Source of the DNA: Octopus vulgaris
Lineage: Eukaryota
Assembly: GCA_951406725.2 (NCBI GenBank)
Contig: OX597834.1
Coordinates: forward strand, 38,998,001 to 39,062,000
Length of the DNA: 64,000 nucleotides
Reading direction: 5' to 3'
Every line of letters starts with the position of its first letter. The first letter of the stretch is position 1. A model generated the notes under the pieces. It worked only from the letters and a program-made list of their open reading frames with translations. It had not been told where the DNA came from and searched no databases. Below, piece by piece: positions 15,530-30,004 of this stretch. Both the position numbers and the translations under genes were made by a program.

Positions 15530-15533
<4 letters not shown>
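15367..15533 (-). mobile_element. Penelope-like remnant with degenerate hammerhead parts
   Basis: Minus strand: GAAACACGUA (hammerhead 3' half), then CUGAAGA-A-GGGGAA-UA-UUCCUU-GUA (GAA mutated). Confidence 0.45.
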
Positions 15534-15581
<48 letters not shown>

Positions 15582-15584
15582 ATA

Positions 15585-15679
<95 letters not shown>

Positions 15680-15682
15680 ATA

Positions 15683-15760
<78 letters not shown>

Positions 15761-15971
15761 TAAAGAGGGAGAGAGAGAGAGAGAGAGAGAGAGTAAGGAA
15801 ATATGTGTAAATGGCTTTTTATGTTGTCCTTGTAAGAATTTATAAATCATTACAAAAGGATTTTACGGCTTTCCAAGGTCCGCTATATAACTCTCTCATT
15901 ATGATAATAACAAAATATATGCTATCTTATATGTAACATACATCGGTATACATATGTATATATATAAATAA

Positions 15972-16085
<114 letters not shown>

Positions 16086-16086
16086 G

Positions 16087-16137
<51 letters not shown>

Positions 16138-16514
16138 ATATATATATATATATATCTATATATATATATATATATATACATATATGAATATTTATATATG
16201 TATATGTATGAATATTTATATATATGTATATTCTGTGCGTGTATATATATATATGTTTGTGTACATGTATATTTGTGCATTTATATATATGATACGTTTG
16301 GTCGAAGAGTGATGAGAGGAACTTCGAATTATCCACCAACCAGCCTTTATCGGTCTGTCGAAATTCGAAGTCACTTGCCACCTCTCCTGTTCTAGTCGCG
16401 TAATCGGTATATACTCTACCGAATGCATTGAGTAATCCATGAGTTTAATGCTAAAGTTTTAATACGTATTACAACTCCTTATAAAAACAAACATTAATAT
16501 CCATCATATATATA

Positions 16515-16933
16515 GGCGCAGGAGTGGCTGTGTGGTAAGTAGCTTACTAACCAACCACATGGTTCCGGGTTCAGTCACACTGCGTGGCATCTTGGGCAAG
16601 TGTCTTCTCCTATAGCCCCGGGCCGACCAATGACTTGTGAGTGGATTTGGTAGACGGAAACTGAAAGAAGCCTGTCGTATATATGTATATATATATATGT
16701 ATGTGTGTGTGTGTTTGTGTGTCTGTGTTTGCTCCCCCTAGCATTGCTTGACAACCGATGGTGGTGTGTTTACGTCCCCGTCACTTAGCGGTTCGGCAAA
16801 AGAGACCGATAGAATAAGTACTGGGCTTACAAAAAGAATAAGTCCCGGCGTCGATTTGCTCGACTAAAAGGCGGTGCTCCAGCATGGCCGCAGTCAAATG
16901 ACTGAAACAAGTAAAAGAGTAAAAGAGTAAAGA
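16515..16933 (+). mobile_element. SINE family A, full-length young copy
   Basis: GGCGCAGGAGTGGCTGTGTGGTAAG head, GGGTTCAGTC B-box, CTTGGGCAAGTG CORE motif, internal AT/GT tract, tail ending in GTAAAAGA repeats. Confidence 0.95.
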
Positions 16934-16998
16934 GATATATACACACACACACACACACACACAAATATATGTACACACAGAAATATATTTATATCTAT

Positions 16999-17066
<68 letters not shown>

Positions 17067-17770
17067 ATACGTATAGCTTCTCGTCTAGAGTATAGCTTGC
17101 TGCTCTGCAGGGACACTCCCATTCATTGTTGTCGACTGGAAGAGCTTGGCAACTTCCGACAGTAATTTCCTCCCCTTGCGTCTACGGAGAACCATTGATG
17201 CAACGAGGGAGTGTCTGCGCACTTTTGGCTCGCCACTGTAACGAGCATTCTATTCCTCTGTTATCCGTGCACATTTATAATGTGGGTGGCGTGCACACGG
17301 GACGAGGGTGCACCTGTAATCATTTCAACCACATAATCACACACACACACAAACACATAAACACAAACAAACAAATATGTATACATATTATGTAAACGAT
17401 ACATTTGGTACTCAATTCCTTAAAGCAGAGCTAACCGAATGTAATTGAATATATAATCAAGGATATTCTCGTAAAAGATACTAGGAAGTGAGAGTCTCTG
17501 TTAATTACCTAGCACATACTCTGGAATGTAAACGAGAATATATATTTCATATAAATATAGATATATATATGTATATATATATATTTATTTGTACGGTTGA
17601 ATTCATATTTTATACATGCACACAAACACACGTAAATCATGTGTGCGTGTGTTTATGTATAAGTATATATATACATATATATATGTGTGTGTGTGTATGT
17701 GTGTGTGTGTATGTATGTATATGCGTTTCTTTGCATACAGTGTATATGTGTGTGTATATATACATATGTA

Positions 17771-17828
<58 letters not shown>

Positions 17829-18916
17829 ATTATTGATGTGTGTGTGTGTTTGTGTACTTGTGTACGTAAATATAACGTAACATAGATAATTATATATATA
17901 TATATACGATCGTATACTTATATATAAATTTAATGTATATATATTTATATTTATATGTATATGTGTGGGTGTATTTGTATATGTATACATATATCATACA
18001 CACACACCCATATATATATATATATATATGTATATTCTTTAATTTGGTGATTAGCTTACATGTTTGAATCAATCTCATTTCCCCCAACAGTATTAATTCT
18101 ATAAAATAATAACCAAAATATGAAGCTTAACGTATGTATATATATATATATATAGAAACGGGTTTTGTATATCCGTAAGAACGAACAAGGAACACGCACT
18201 TGCTTAGAAATAAACACACACACGCATATATACATATACAAATACACACACACACACGTGTATGTGTGTGTATGTGTGTGTGTGTTTGTGTATGAACATT
18301 CTTTAATCAGAGATCAAGGAGATTGGAAATCCGAAGAGGCTTCCGTGTAAGTTAATGATATCTGCAAAGCAAATAGTCGCATTTTGCAGGTTTAATGGGT
18401 TTGTATACAAACTCCGCCCACGCCAATTCAGTCGATTCAGAGAGAGCCGAGTGTGGCGGCGTTTGCTTAAGCATTTTATCTATATAATGCGACTTTATGC
18501 TTACATACATACATACATATATACACACACTCACACACATATATACATATATATATATATACACACAAACATACATACACACACACATACATACATGCAT
18601 ACATACACACACACATACATACATACATACGTACATACATACATACATACATACATACATACATACATACATACACACATACATACATACATACACACAC
18701 ACATACATACATACATACGTACATACATACATACATACATACATACACACACACACAAACACACACACATATATATGTATGTATATATATGTATATATAC
18801 ATATGTATGTGTATATATATATATGTATATATATATATGTGTATATATGTATATATATACATATATATATATATGTATATATACATATATATGCGTGTGT
18901 ATATATATATATATAT

Positions 18917-19040
18917 TGGCCTGCTCGCTTAGCCAGCGGGGTGGCGTCATTTGAAGGCTAAAACAATGCGAAGCGCATTGTGACCAGCGATGTGTCGCAA
19001 CATCTGATAGCCTGGTCGGTCACGGTGATCACGGTGATAT
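18917..19040 (+). mobile_element. 3' end of a retroposon with a short tandem tail (CACGGTGAT)2
   Basis: GC-rich island between microsatellites ending in a tandem 9-mer; family not assigned. Confidence 0.5.
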
Positions 19041-19088
19041 GACTGATTGATTCTAATTACAGCTCACGAGCTGTGGCCATGCTGGCTA

Positions 19089-19123
<35 letters not shown>

Positions 19124-19247
19124 GCGTATGCACAAATGTATGCATATACTCATATATGTATGTGTGTATATGTATATATATTATGTATGTAAGTATGCAC
19201 ATATTTTCCCATATATATACACATATACGCACATATATATATCTGCA

Positions 19248-19545
19248 TAAGCAACACCAACGCTCGCCCATAGATTAGCCAGAGATGATTTTTTTAAATG
19301 AGAATATCTGAAATAAACTCGACTGCTCTCAAATAATTAAGTGAAAAAAAAAGCGGAAAAATAATCCAGAATCCTTGTCCGGTATTGGATCGATCTCAAA
19401 ATCTAATCGGTTCGTGCCAGTCACGGGGCAAAACATCCCTGAAAGTTTCATCCGAATCCATTCTGCGGTTCTTGAGATATCTTGTCCACGGACAGACAAA
19501 CACGACTAAAAACAAAACATCCGTCTTCGCTAAGACAGAGGTAAC
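19248..19545 (+). mobile_element. Helentron-associated (HINE/DINE-1-like) non-autonomous element
   Basis: AAGTTTCATCCGAATCC...TTCTTGAGATATC...ACGGACAGACAAAC and a degenerate terminal hairpin CATCCGTCTTCGCTAAGACAGAGGTAA. Confidence 0.6.
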
Positions 19546-19630
19546 AAGAAAAACGACACAGAGCGTAATTTAGGACGGCAGACGAGGACGAACAATCGAA
19601 CAAAATATGGCCGTGTGGCCGAGGAGACGG

Positions 19631-19676
<46 letters not shown>

Positions 19677-19765
19677 CTACATATATATACACTTATATAA
19701 ACATACACAGACATACACACACGCACAAACAGACACACATATATAGGTACATGTATATATGTGTA

Positions 19766-19903
<138 letters not shown>

Positions 19904-19928
19904 TAGATGGATAGATAGATAGATAGAT

Positions 19929-19963
<35 letters not shown>

Positions 19964-20453
19964 CCGGTAAACAGACAAGCAATTGATAATTGCTACATAG
20001 CTGTTGGTCTTTATATTTGTTACAAAAATCATACAATACCTGATCGATCAATGAACCTAAATATGTGAGATGTTATGGAAATAGGGGTGGGGGAGTGACA
20101 GCGGGGTCACATTTTATGAAGGGAGCCGAGTATATGCAAACAAACGCTATAGATAGTTCAAAAGCTATTAAAGAATCCGTGTGTGTGTGTGTATGTGTGT
20201 GTCTGTGTATGGGTGGGTGTGTGGGTGAGTGTTTATATGTATGAAACACTTTTAATCATATTCAGTCGAAAATATTTTTCGATTGAATCTGATCGAGGCG
20301 GTGCCCCAGCATGACCGCAGTCTAATAACTGAAAGAATGAAAGAATAAATAGAATACACAGAATAAGAAGAATGACAGAATATAGGAATACTTAAACTCA
20401 CTGACACACATAGAGGCTTGTCTGCTTGTATATATGTGTGTCTGTGTATATAT

Positions 20454-20485
<32 letters not shown>

Positions 20486-20501
20486 CTGTGTATATGTATA
20501 C

Positions 20502-20548
<47 letters not shown>

Positions 20549-20561
20549 ATTTGTATATATA

Positions 20562-20611
<50 letters not shown>

Positions 20612-20840
20612 GTATATATATATTTATGCATACATATACATTCATACGTGCGTGTGTGTGCATTTATAGGTGTATGCATATATATGTTTGTGTGTGCTTA
20701 TTTGCATGTATGTGTTATTTGTATATGCAGGAATATATGTGCATGTATATCACACACCGTTGCCCGTGTATACATTTACATATATATGTGTGTGTGTGTG
20801 TGTGTATGTGTGTATACATATATACATATTATATATACAG

Positions 20841-20881
<41 letters not shown>

Positions 20882-21177
20882 GGCACACATGCACATATAC
20901 ACGTAAATATATAACGTGTATATCTTCGTGTAAATGTTTACATACATACATACATACAGATATACATATATATACATATATACATATATACATTTATAAA
21001 CACATAGTTCTTTTTATTAGTATTTTTTCATAAAGAAATTTTCTATCAAGATATTTTTCAAAAGTTCAGCAGAATTATCACTGTGTTCTTTGAGCATTTT
21101 CAATAACGATATCTTACATTTGACCAGTCTTTCGTATTTAGTAAATCTGTCAACCTCTTTGGACATACACACACACA

Positions 21178-21242
<65 letters not shown>

Positions 21243-21990
21243 TGATAAAGCTATGATGATTCTGGGTTTTTTCTTCACACCTGAAGATTAAGTAAACAGC
21301 TCTTGAAATTACCAAGTGTCACTATGATACAATTTCTTTCAAATTTTCTCCGCCCACTTGGTATGAAACTCTAGCTCTATAAACAGTTATTTTTACTGAG
21401 AAACGTAACATTAAAGTCAACAGTTTTGGAATAACGTTCATTTCCTGTGTGTTTCATCAAAGCTATTTTTTTCTTTTTATTTTTCATATAACGTTACCAA
21501 TATGTTGTGCAGCTATAGATGACTTTATCATTATTTTCATCGAATTACTTATATCTAAGCGGACGTGTTATCAAAGACATTCCATCGAATACGATTCTAC
21601 ATATTTCGCCAGGCACAATATATCTAGGACTACATAATCCGATGTATTCTATTTTAGAATATTGTATGATAATTTAGCTGCTATTTCTACCGGATTAGCA
21701 AACCACTTGAACACAATCCTCTTTACTGAATAGCTTACTCTATCTAGAGGTGTGACCGGAATACACTTCCTGATAAACAGTAAGAAATTCCCTAACCACA
21801 CCTAATATTTCTATGGAGGGGTAAGCAAGATGGGACTTTATAGTTTTAAGACGAAATTTCTTTCAAAATATATCAGATCCGTCCCATATTTAATATCTAA
21901 TAATATAACATACTTCAAGCGGCAGAGCACATCAAGGCCGGCATTTCTGTATGTCCCTAAAAGCGTGTGGTTTGAAATTACACTTTTTAA

Positions 21991-22053
<63 letters not shown>

Positions 22054-22100
22054 GTGATGATGATGATGATGATGATGATACTAGTAGTAGTAGTAGTAGC

Positions 22101-22169
<69 letters not shown>

Positions 22170-22170
<1 letters not shown>

Positions 22171-22712
22171 AATGCCCTGATGCAGTACCAAGCAGTGGCT
22201 TTCATGGCTTCTGATCTTAACTGATTGGAAGTGTTATTATGTACATTGTTTTGTCTTCGTATAAAAGATGGGCTACAGCAAATATTCTGCTCAATACCAC
22301 AGATATGCTGGTCAGTTGTTTGACCATAACCAGTTGAGCATGTCCCACAGTGGCTGACGATATGTGCATCTCTGATAACGAGCAGAAGTAGTGGGGGAGC
22401 ATCAAGGCCACCATGTGTTGAGAGGGATTCTTGTGGGGGTTTGGATAATTCACCTTTGGAAACACGGGTGTTTTGTTTACCATCCTTGAACAACCCTTTA
22501 TTCAGGGACCTGTTGAGTGGGATGGGCTACTCGACCAGAAGAAAATTCTAACTGGGACCCCCACCAGCAACATCATGCGCAGTTTATCTTGATATAAGGT
22601 CACCATGTCGCGCACATATCATTGGGATGCATGACGGGTATTCATGATGGGTGTGTTGGGCTTCGTATATTTTACCACAGTTTGACTTTGATGGCAGGCA
22701 ATGCTCTCTCAC
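22170..22712 (+). mobile_element. About 540-bp complex-sequence element between (AGT)n and (AAT)n tracts; probable non-LTR retroposon 3' region
   Basis: Sharp boundaries with triplet repeats on both sides and a long (AAT)n 3' tail; no convincing protein motif. Confidence 0.55.
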
Positions 22713-22716
22713 TAAC

Positions 22717-22780
<64 letters not shown>

Positions 22781-22781
22781 G

Positions 22782-22906
<125 letters not shown>

Positions 22907-22907
22907 G

Positions 22908-23032
<125 letters not shown>

Positions 23033-23106
23033 TGTATGATACATCTCTCTCTATTAATTCCACATACACACACACACACACGCGCGCACACACATACACA
23101 CACACA

Positions 23107-23143
<37 letters not shown>

Positions 23144-23448
23144 TCTCTCACACACACACCAGTTAGAGAAACATGTACAAACAAACCAAGGTTACCACAT
23201 ACGGATCTTTGTACAAACATAAATACATTCACGTACGTTTGCATACATACATACATACAAACATTCATGAATGTGTGTGTGTGTATGTGTATATATATTT
23301 ATATATATATATGTGTGTGCGCCTGTGATTGTATGTGTCTGTGTTTGTACACGAAAATGGCACTCATGAGAACTGGTAGAAAGTTGAAAAAATACATATA
23401 TATATGCCCCAGCAAGGCCGCAGTCTAAAGAATGAAATTAGTAAAAGA

Positions 23449-23821
23449 CTAGCAGTATCGCCCGGCGTTGCTCAGGTTTGTAAGGGAAATAACTATAAAG
23501 CATTTGTAGAGATTTATAGCCAAAAAATAGCAAAAAAATGGGAAAAAAATGATGGTAAATTTTTTTTGAGATTTAAAAAAGGTTGAGTTTGTGGTTCGTG
23601 TTTCTGATTCTCCACCCCATGTCGAATTTATCGATTTTTTTCAGAACTGGGGGAACTTTTCAAAATTTTTGCTGCGTTAGTTTTGAATTATGACATTGGG
23701 CTATGTGTGTGTCAAGTTTCATCAGAATCGGTTGAAAGCCGTGGTCAGGGTGAGGGTACAAGCAAACAGACACACAGAAACACGCACAGACAAACTGCCG
23801 TTTATATATAGAGAGAAGAGA
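23449..23821 (-). mobile_element. Non-autonomous Helitron
   Basis: Minus strand starts TC and ends with GC hairpin CCTGAGCAACGCCGGG followed by CTAG; inserted between A and T with no TSD; second copy at 61679. Confidence 0.85.
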
Positions 23822-23833
23822 TACACACATACA

Positions 23834-24378
<545 letters not shown>

Positions 24379-25030
24379 AATACACACACACGCAGGCGGG
24401 TGTGCGCGCGCGCAACAACACGCGACAATCCGGAGCGAGACAGACACCGACTGACTTGAGACTGTCGCCCATCTTCGCACTGGTTCATTATCAGCTGACA
24501 TCGTCAGCCAATGCCGGCGAAGGTAGGAGGAGGAGGAGGAGGAAGAGGAGGAGGAAGAGGAGGAGGAGAACAGAGAAGAAAGGGGGAGGGGGAGGAGGAG
24601 GAGGAGTGTGTGACGACAAAGAAAATCCCTCACAAACTGTTAAATGCTGGACATTATTGAGCAACACCACCGAACGTCGTATTAATCTCCTCTTTGACCC
24701 CCAGGTCATGTCTGATCGATCAGAGCAAATGGAGTGCTAGCCATGACCATCCCTATTTGTCCAGTGTGTTTTTTTTTCAGACGTAATGCATCTAACATTA
24801 TCTATCTACATATTTTTTGTTAATGACTGTAACCTATTATTTCAGAAGAGATTTGGTTGCTATGTCTAGCAACAAATTTCGTCCGCTTAGTGGCTCCCCA
24901 ATATATATTTTTTGGCATTGATTGTGGCCGTTGAAAATGTCTGTGTGTGTGTGTGACTGTGCATGTGTGTGTGTATGTGTGTGTGTATGTGTGTGTGCAT
25001 GTGTTTGTGTGTTTGTGTATGTGTGTGTGT

Positions 25031-25083
<53 letters not shown>

Positions 25084-25198
25084 TGTGTGTGTGTGTGTGT
25101 GTGTATGTGTGTGTGTGTGTGTAGTCCCACACCCTTTTAGTCGTTCTAATTTTAAAAGCCACACTGCTAGGGACAGAAATATAAGGAATCCTTTGGTG

Positions 25199-25499
25199 CA
25201 GTGCTACGCAAAGTTGTGGCCCGTAAACCGGTGCCAGTCCGCGAGCCATCAGCTGCCGGTATGCGGTGAGTTTCCAGTAAAGAAAGAAACATTATAAAAT
25301 GCTTATAAAATGCTTATGTAATATTGTATTATTTGTTTACAAATTGAATATAAGATAAAAAAAACGGTCAACTTTTATCATATTCATTATATATTTTGTT
25401 TCCGGTATAAATCAAAATTTCTAAGAAATATTACCGGTCCCTGGCACATGGAAAAAAGATACTGCCAGTACATCACATTAGATAGTTTGAGAAGCACTG
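25199..25499. mobile_element. hAT (Charlie-type) MITE
   Basis: TIRs CAGTGCTACGCAAAGT / AGTTTGAGAAGCACTG; 8-bp TSD CTTTGGTG / CTTTAGTG. Confidence 0.85.
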
Positions 25500-25892
25500 C
25501 TTTAGTGTAAGCCAAAAAGCGGTGTTCACGGGAAACCTGTTTCCGCTGTATGTTAAGGACTTCGGAGATATTAATAGTGAGAATTCAAGACAGTAAAAAC
25601 TATAAATATCAGAGCGGCAATATTTAACTGACAACACATTTTGACAATTATATAAAATCCTCATAGGTGTCATCGTCGTTGTCGTCGTCGTCATCATCGT
25701 CAGCGTTGTCCTAGTCGTCGCCATAGTGGTGGTGATTGTTATCGTGGTCGTGGTCGTGAGCGGCGGTCGAAGTGTGATAGAGCTATAGTGCGGTGGCTGA
25801 AAACCACGGTTTCTTTTATCTATGGACCCGTCGTTCCCTATTTGTACTCTACTGGACCCCATGCTTGAAAAAAACTTTTTTAAGTACCATAT

Positions 25893-26054
25893 GCGTAGGA
25901 GTGGCTGTGTGGTAAGTAGCTTGCTTACCAACCACATGGTTCCGGGTTCAGTCCCACTGCGTGGCACTTTGGGCAAGTGTCTTCTACTATAGCCTCGGGT
26001 CGACGAAAGCCTTGCGAGTGGATTTGGTAGACGGAAACTGAAAGAAGCCCGTCG

Positions 26055-26101
<47 letters not shown>

Positions 26102-26322
26102 TATTTGTGTCTGTGTTTGTCCCCCCCCCCCCCAACATCGCTTGACAACCGATGCTGGTGTGTTTAGGTCCCCGTAACTTAGCGGTTCGGCAAAAAGAGA
26201 CTGATATATTAAGTACTAGGCTTACAAAAAATAAGTATAAGTCCTGGGGTCGATTTGCTCAACTAAAGGCGGTGCTCCAGTATGGTCGCAGACTAATGAC
26301 TGAAACAAGTAAACGATAAGAG
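25893..26322 (+). mobile_element. SINE family A
   Basis: Full head-to-tail similarity to the 16515 copy. Confidence 0.93.
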
Positions 26323-26622
26323 ATATATACCCCTATTATATATTGTCGAGTATCTTATGTTGGTACTCCTGCCTTTTCCCATGCTTTGGCCATGCAATGT
26401 GTTTGTACTCCAAGTATCCTGTTTGTACTCCAAGTAGTGTGAAGCCGGTGAGTGGTACTCCTGTTCGTATCGTAGGGTACGTTTAGGCAGTGCTGTTTGT
26501 ACACCAGTCGTGTCGTCGTTGCTATGTAAACAAACTAGTCACGTGATTGAGATCGATTACTAATCTGATCACATCAGCTATTGATTATCCTGTACTGTTT
26601 GAACTTCACCTCAGCTCTGTCA

Positions 26623-26662
<40 letters not shown>

Positions 26663-27143
26663 CTGTTCTGTATTTGTTTGATCTCTACTTCAGCTGTGTA
26701 TGCGTGTGTGTGAGTGTATGTGTATTTGTATGTGTATGTGTGTGTATGTGTGTGTGTGTGTGTTGTCCTCAGTCACGTGAGTACTTTGTAAATATGTTTG
26801 TGTTTGTGAGTGTGTGTATGCATGTGATGTGTGTATAGAAGTATGTGGACGTATGCGTTTATATGGGTATATGTGTTTGTGTGCATGAGTTAAGTCACTT
26901 GGTTAACATACAATTCTTGTGATTATTGTAAGAATATGTGTGTGTGTGAGTGTATGTGTATATATATATATATATATATAATATATATATATATACATAC
27001 ACACAGAGAAAACTGCATACGCATATAACCACACACACATATGCGCAAATACAAACGCATACACTCACACACACTCACATGCATGCATATATGAACTAGC
27101 GAAAAAAAACGAGGATAAAGAAAGTGAAATAGTGGAGATAGGA

Positions 27144-27180
<37 letters not shown>

Positions 27181-27354
27181 GAGAGAGAAAACAAGGAGAG
27201 AAAGGGAGTAGAAATATCGTTAGATTTCTGTGATGTAATATATGGAAAAAAATAAATATAATATAACACAGAGAGGGATAGAACGAATATTGGAATCGAA
27301 CCTGAAAGACTTCATTAAAGTGAAGAAATCTATACACTGGGTTACTACTCATTG

Positions 27355-27695
27355 GCCTAATGAGTCAGTGAATTACTGTGCAACTGACTCACAGACCAGG
27401 TGACCCACATATTAATGAGCCACTAGGTCACTGAGCAACTATACTGAGTCAGGGAACTACATGTCAGTGAGTCACTAAACTGCTGAGTCAGTGAATCAGG
27501 AAGTCACTGAGCCGCTTATCCGATGAGTCAATGAGCCACTGATCCACTAAGCTACTGAACAACTGAGTCACAGAGCCACATAGGTCCTGAGTCACTGAAC
27601 CATTGAATCGCTGAACTACTAAGTCACCTAGCCGTTAAACTGCTGAGTCAGCGAGCCATAAAGTCACTGAGTCACGAAAGCAATGAGTCACCAAT
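27355..27695. repeat. Degenerate 8-bp-period satellite (ACTGAGTC-like) containing 11 TGA(G/C)TCA sites
   Basis: Sites at 27361, 27385, 27445, 27468, 27484, 27524, 27564, 27588, 27644, 27668 and 27684; spacings are mostly multiples of 8. Confidence 0.85.
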
Positions 27696-27799
27696 TCAAT
27701 GTTTTTTTTGTGTTATTTTGAAAGGGAAGAGTCATGTATATACTGAGGCTATGATTAAAATACACAGAAGCATTTACTACTTGATTAAGAGACTCTGAG

Positions 27800-28160
27800 T
27801 GGCATTTCATTGACTCCCGTCTTAGAAATTAAGGAAGAAGACTTTGTGTGGTGAAGCACCGAAACTGGATGGCATTGCACCAGGGGCCATTAAGGTGTGA
27901 TGTGCCACTTGCACAAACTGCTGTGCCAATGCTGGAAAGAAGAGAGAGGGTCACGAGAGGTGAGGAACTATAATATTGCTATTCTGTAGAAGAACAAAAG
28001 GGATACAAGCAATGGCAACAACAGCAGAGGTAGTCCCTTGCTGAGTATCGATGGGAAGGTCACCGCCCGTGTGGTCCTAAACAAACTGCAGAAAACCACT
28101 GTGAGGGTATGAGCTGAGTCTCAATGTGGCATCAGGTCAGAATGATCAACAAAATGTCCC
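27800..28160 (+). pseudogene. Decayed RTE-clade LINE reverse transcriptase fragment
   Basis: From 27981: IL*KNKRDTSNGNNSRGSPLLSIDGKVTARVVLNKLQKTTVRV*AESQCGIRSE*ST, matching the RTE motif LYKNKGDRSDCNNYRGISLLS..GKVFAR...ESQCGFR..RST; in-frame stops. Confidence 0.9.
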
Positions 28161-28247
28161 TGGTCACTTTTGTCTGACGAGTCGCCTATACACCAAAGTG
28201 ATTTAGGTCCGTTGATTTTATCTTATTATTCATTATTCATTTGAATT

Positions 28248-28285
<38 letters not shown>

Positions 28286-28984
28286 GCGTGTTTGTGTGTG
28301 GTGTACGCGTGTGTGCAGAGAGAGAGAGAGAGAGTGTGTGTGTGTGGGTGAGAGAAAGAGAGAGAGAGAGAGAGAAAGAGAGAGAAAATGTCCATCTGAA
28401 AGTTTATCTCAGGTCACATATTTTGCAAGGAAGATGTTTATAATTGTTTGAGTGTTCCCTCAACATATTACTGGTACACACGTTATCCCGTCCCTACCCT
28501 CACCTCCCAACCCCCACCCGCCGGTCAGCTGCAAAAAGCCCAAGTCACCCACAATGGAACGCATTCAGAACAAAGTATAAAAAGTCGTAACTGAACACTA
28601 TCACAAGACTCTTCGTCCAACTTACTTCCGTTTCCGGTGCAGACGACCGCTATTCTTAATCACACAATAGAATATTGATCGAATATTGACAAAATATCGA
28701 TAGAATTCCGACAGAACGTCTGTGGCGTTAACTGACAGTTTGTGTCGAACTATTCCGAAATAAGCAAATTCTTTGCCTCAGAAGTATCGATATTTTATTG
28801 AAGGGTCTTATTGATCGATTTGTTTATGTTATTTCATATACAGTGATGCAAGTGTGTGTGTGTGTGTGGGGCATTTGTGTTTTATAAAAGATGGGAGTGG
28901 GGAAATGAGCGGGTGTGTATGAAGACAGGTGGATGGGTAGGTAGGTATGTGAGGTGTGGAGGAGGTTGAAGATGTTTACACCAT

Positions 28985-29402
28985 TTTTATCTTTTACTTG
29001 TGTCAGCCATTATACTGCGGCCATGCTGGGGCACCATCTTGAATTCCTAGTCGAATGAATCGACTCCAGTATTTATTTTTTTAAAGCCTGGTACTTATTC
29101 TATCGACCTCTTTTTTTACCGAACCGCTAAGTTACGGGGATCTCAGGTGGGTGATGGTGGTGGTGGTGGTGGTGGAAGCGACAAACACAGAGACGACACG
29201 CACATATGGATACACGCACACACACACACACACACACAAATATGACAAGGCTTCTTTCAGTTTCCATCTACCAAATCCACTCACAAGGCTTTGGTTGGAC
29301 CGAGGCTAGAGCATAAGACACTTGCCCAAGGTTCCACGCAGTGGGACTGAACCCGGAGCAATGCGATTGATAAGCAAGCTTCTTACCACACAGCCACGCC
29401 TG
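28985..29402 (-). mobile_element. SINE family A (minus strand)
   Basis: Reverse complement of head, CORE, body and tail. Confidence 0.92.
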
Positions 29403-29713
29403 TTCAGAAGTTTGGCGAACAAATTTTCGGTTCTGCTTCACGGGCCGAGCCAGCCAGCCAGACAGCCAACCTGCAGACCTGCCATCTCATCAACCAGCCT
29501 ACCAACTACCCAGCTGCAAAACAACCCGACCAGCCACCCAGTTATTCAGCCAGCCAACCCGTAACTACCCGACTCCCCACCCCCAGTCATCCACCTACCG
29601 AAGGAAAGACATACAGACATACCAAATATTTAACGAGAAGCAGAACACACTGCTGGAATGGTAAAATGGCCTTGTTAGGTAGTGATAGGTCTCTCTCTCT
29701 CTCTCCCCATTCT

Positions 29714-29771
<58 letters not shown>

Positions 29772-29884
29772 CACACACAGACACACACACACAATATATA
29801 TCTATTGACCGATCTGTAAGCATATATATGAATGTGTATGAATGAGTGTGTGTGTATGTATGTATGTTTGTGTGTAAGTAAGTT

Positions 29885-29976
<92 letters not shown>

Positions 29977-30004
29977 ATGTATGTATAGATAAATATACAC
30001 ATAC

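Noticed and set aside
25473-26138. Recurrent peptide [13 protein letters not shown]...[22 protein letters not shown] in several ORFs
   Set aside because: Antisense translation of SINE family A, not a gene family
27355-27695. CRISPR-like repeat-spacer array
   Set aside because: No constant 23-50 bp repeat with unique spacers, no cas genes, and a eukaryotic context
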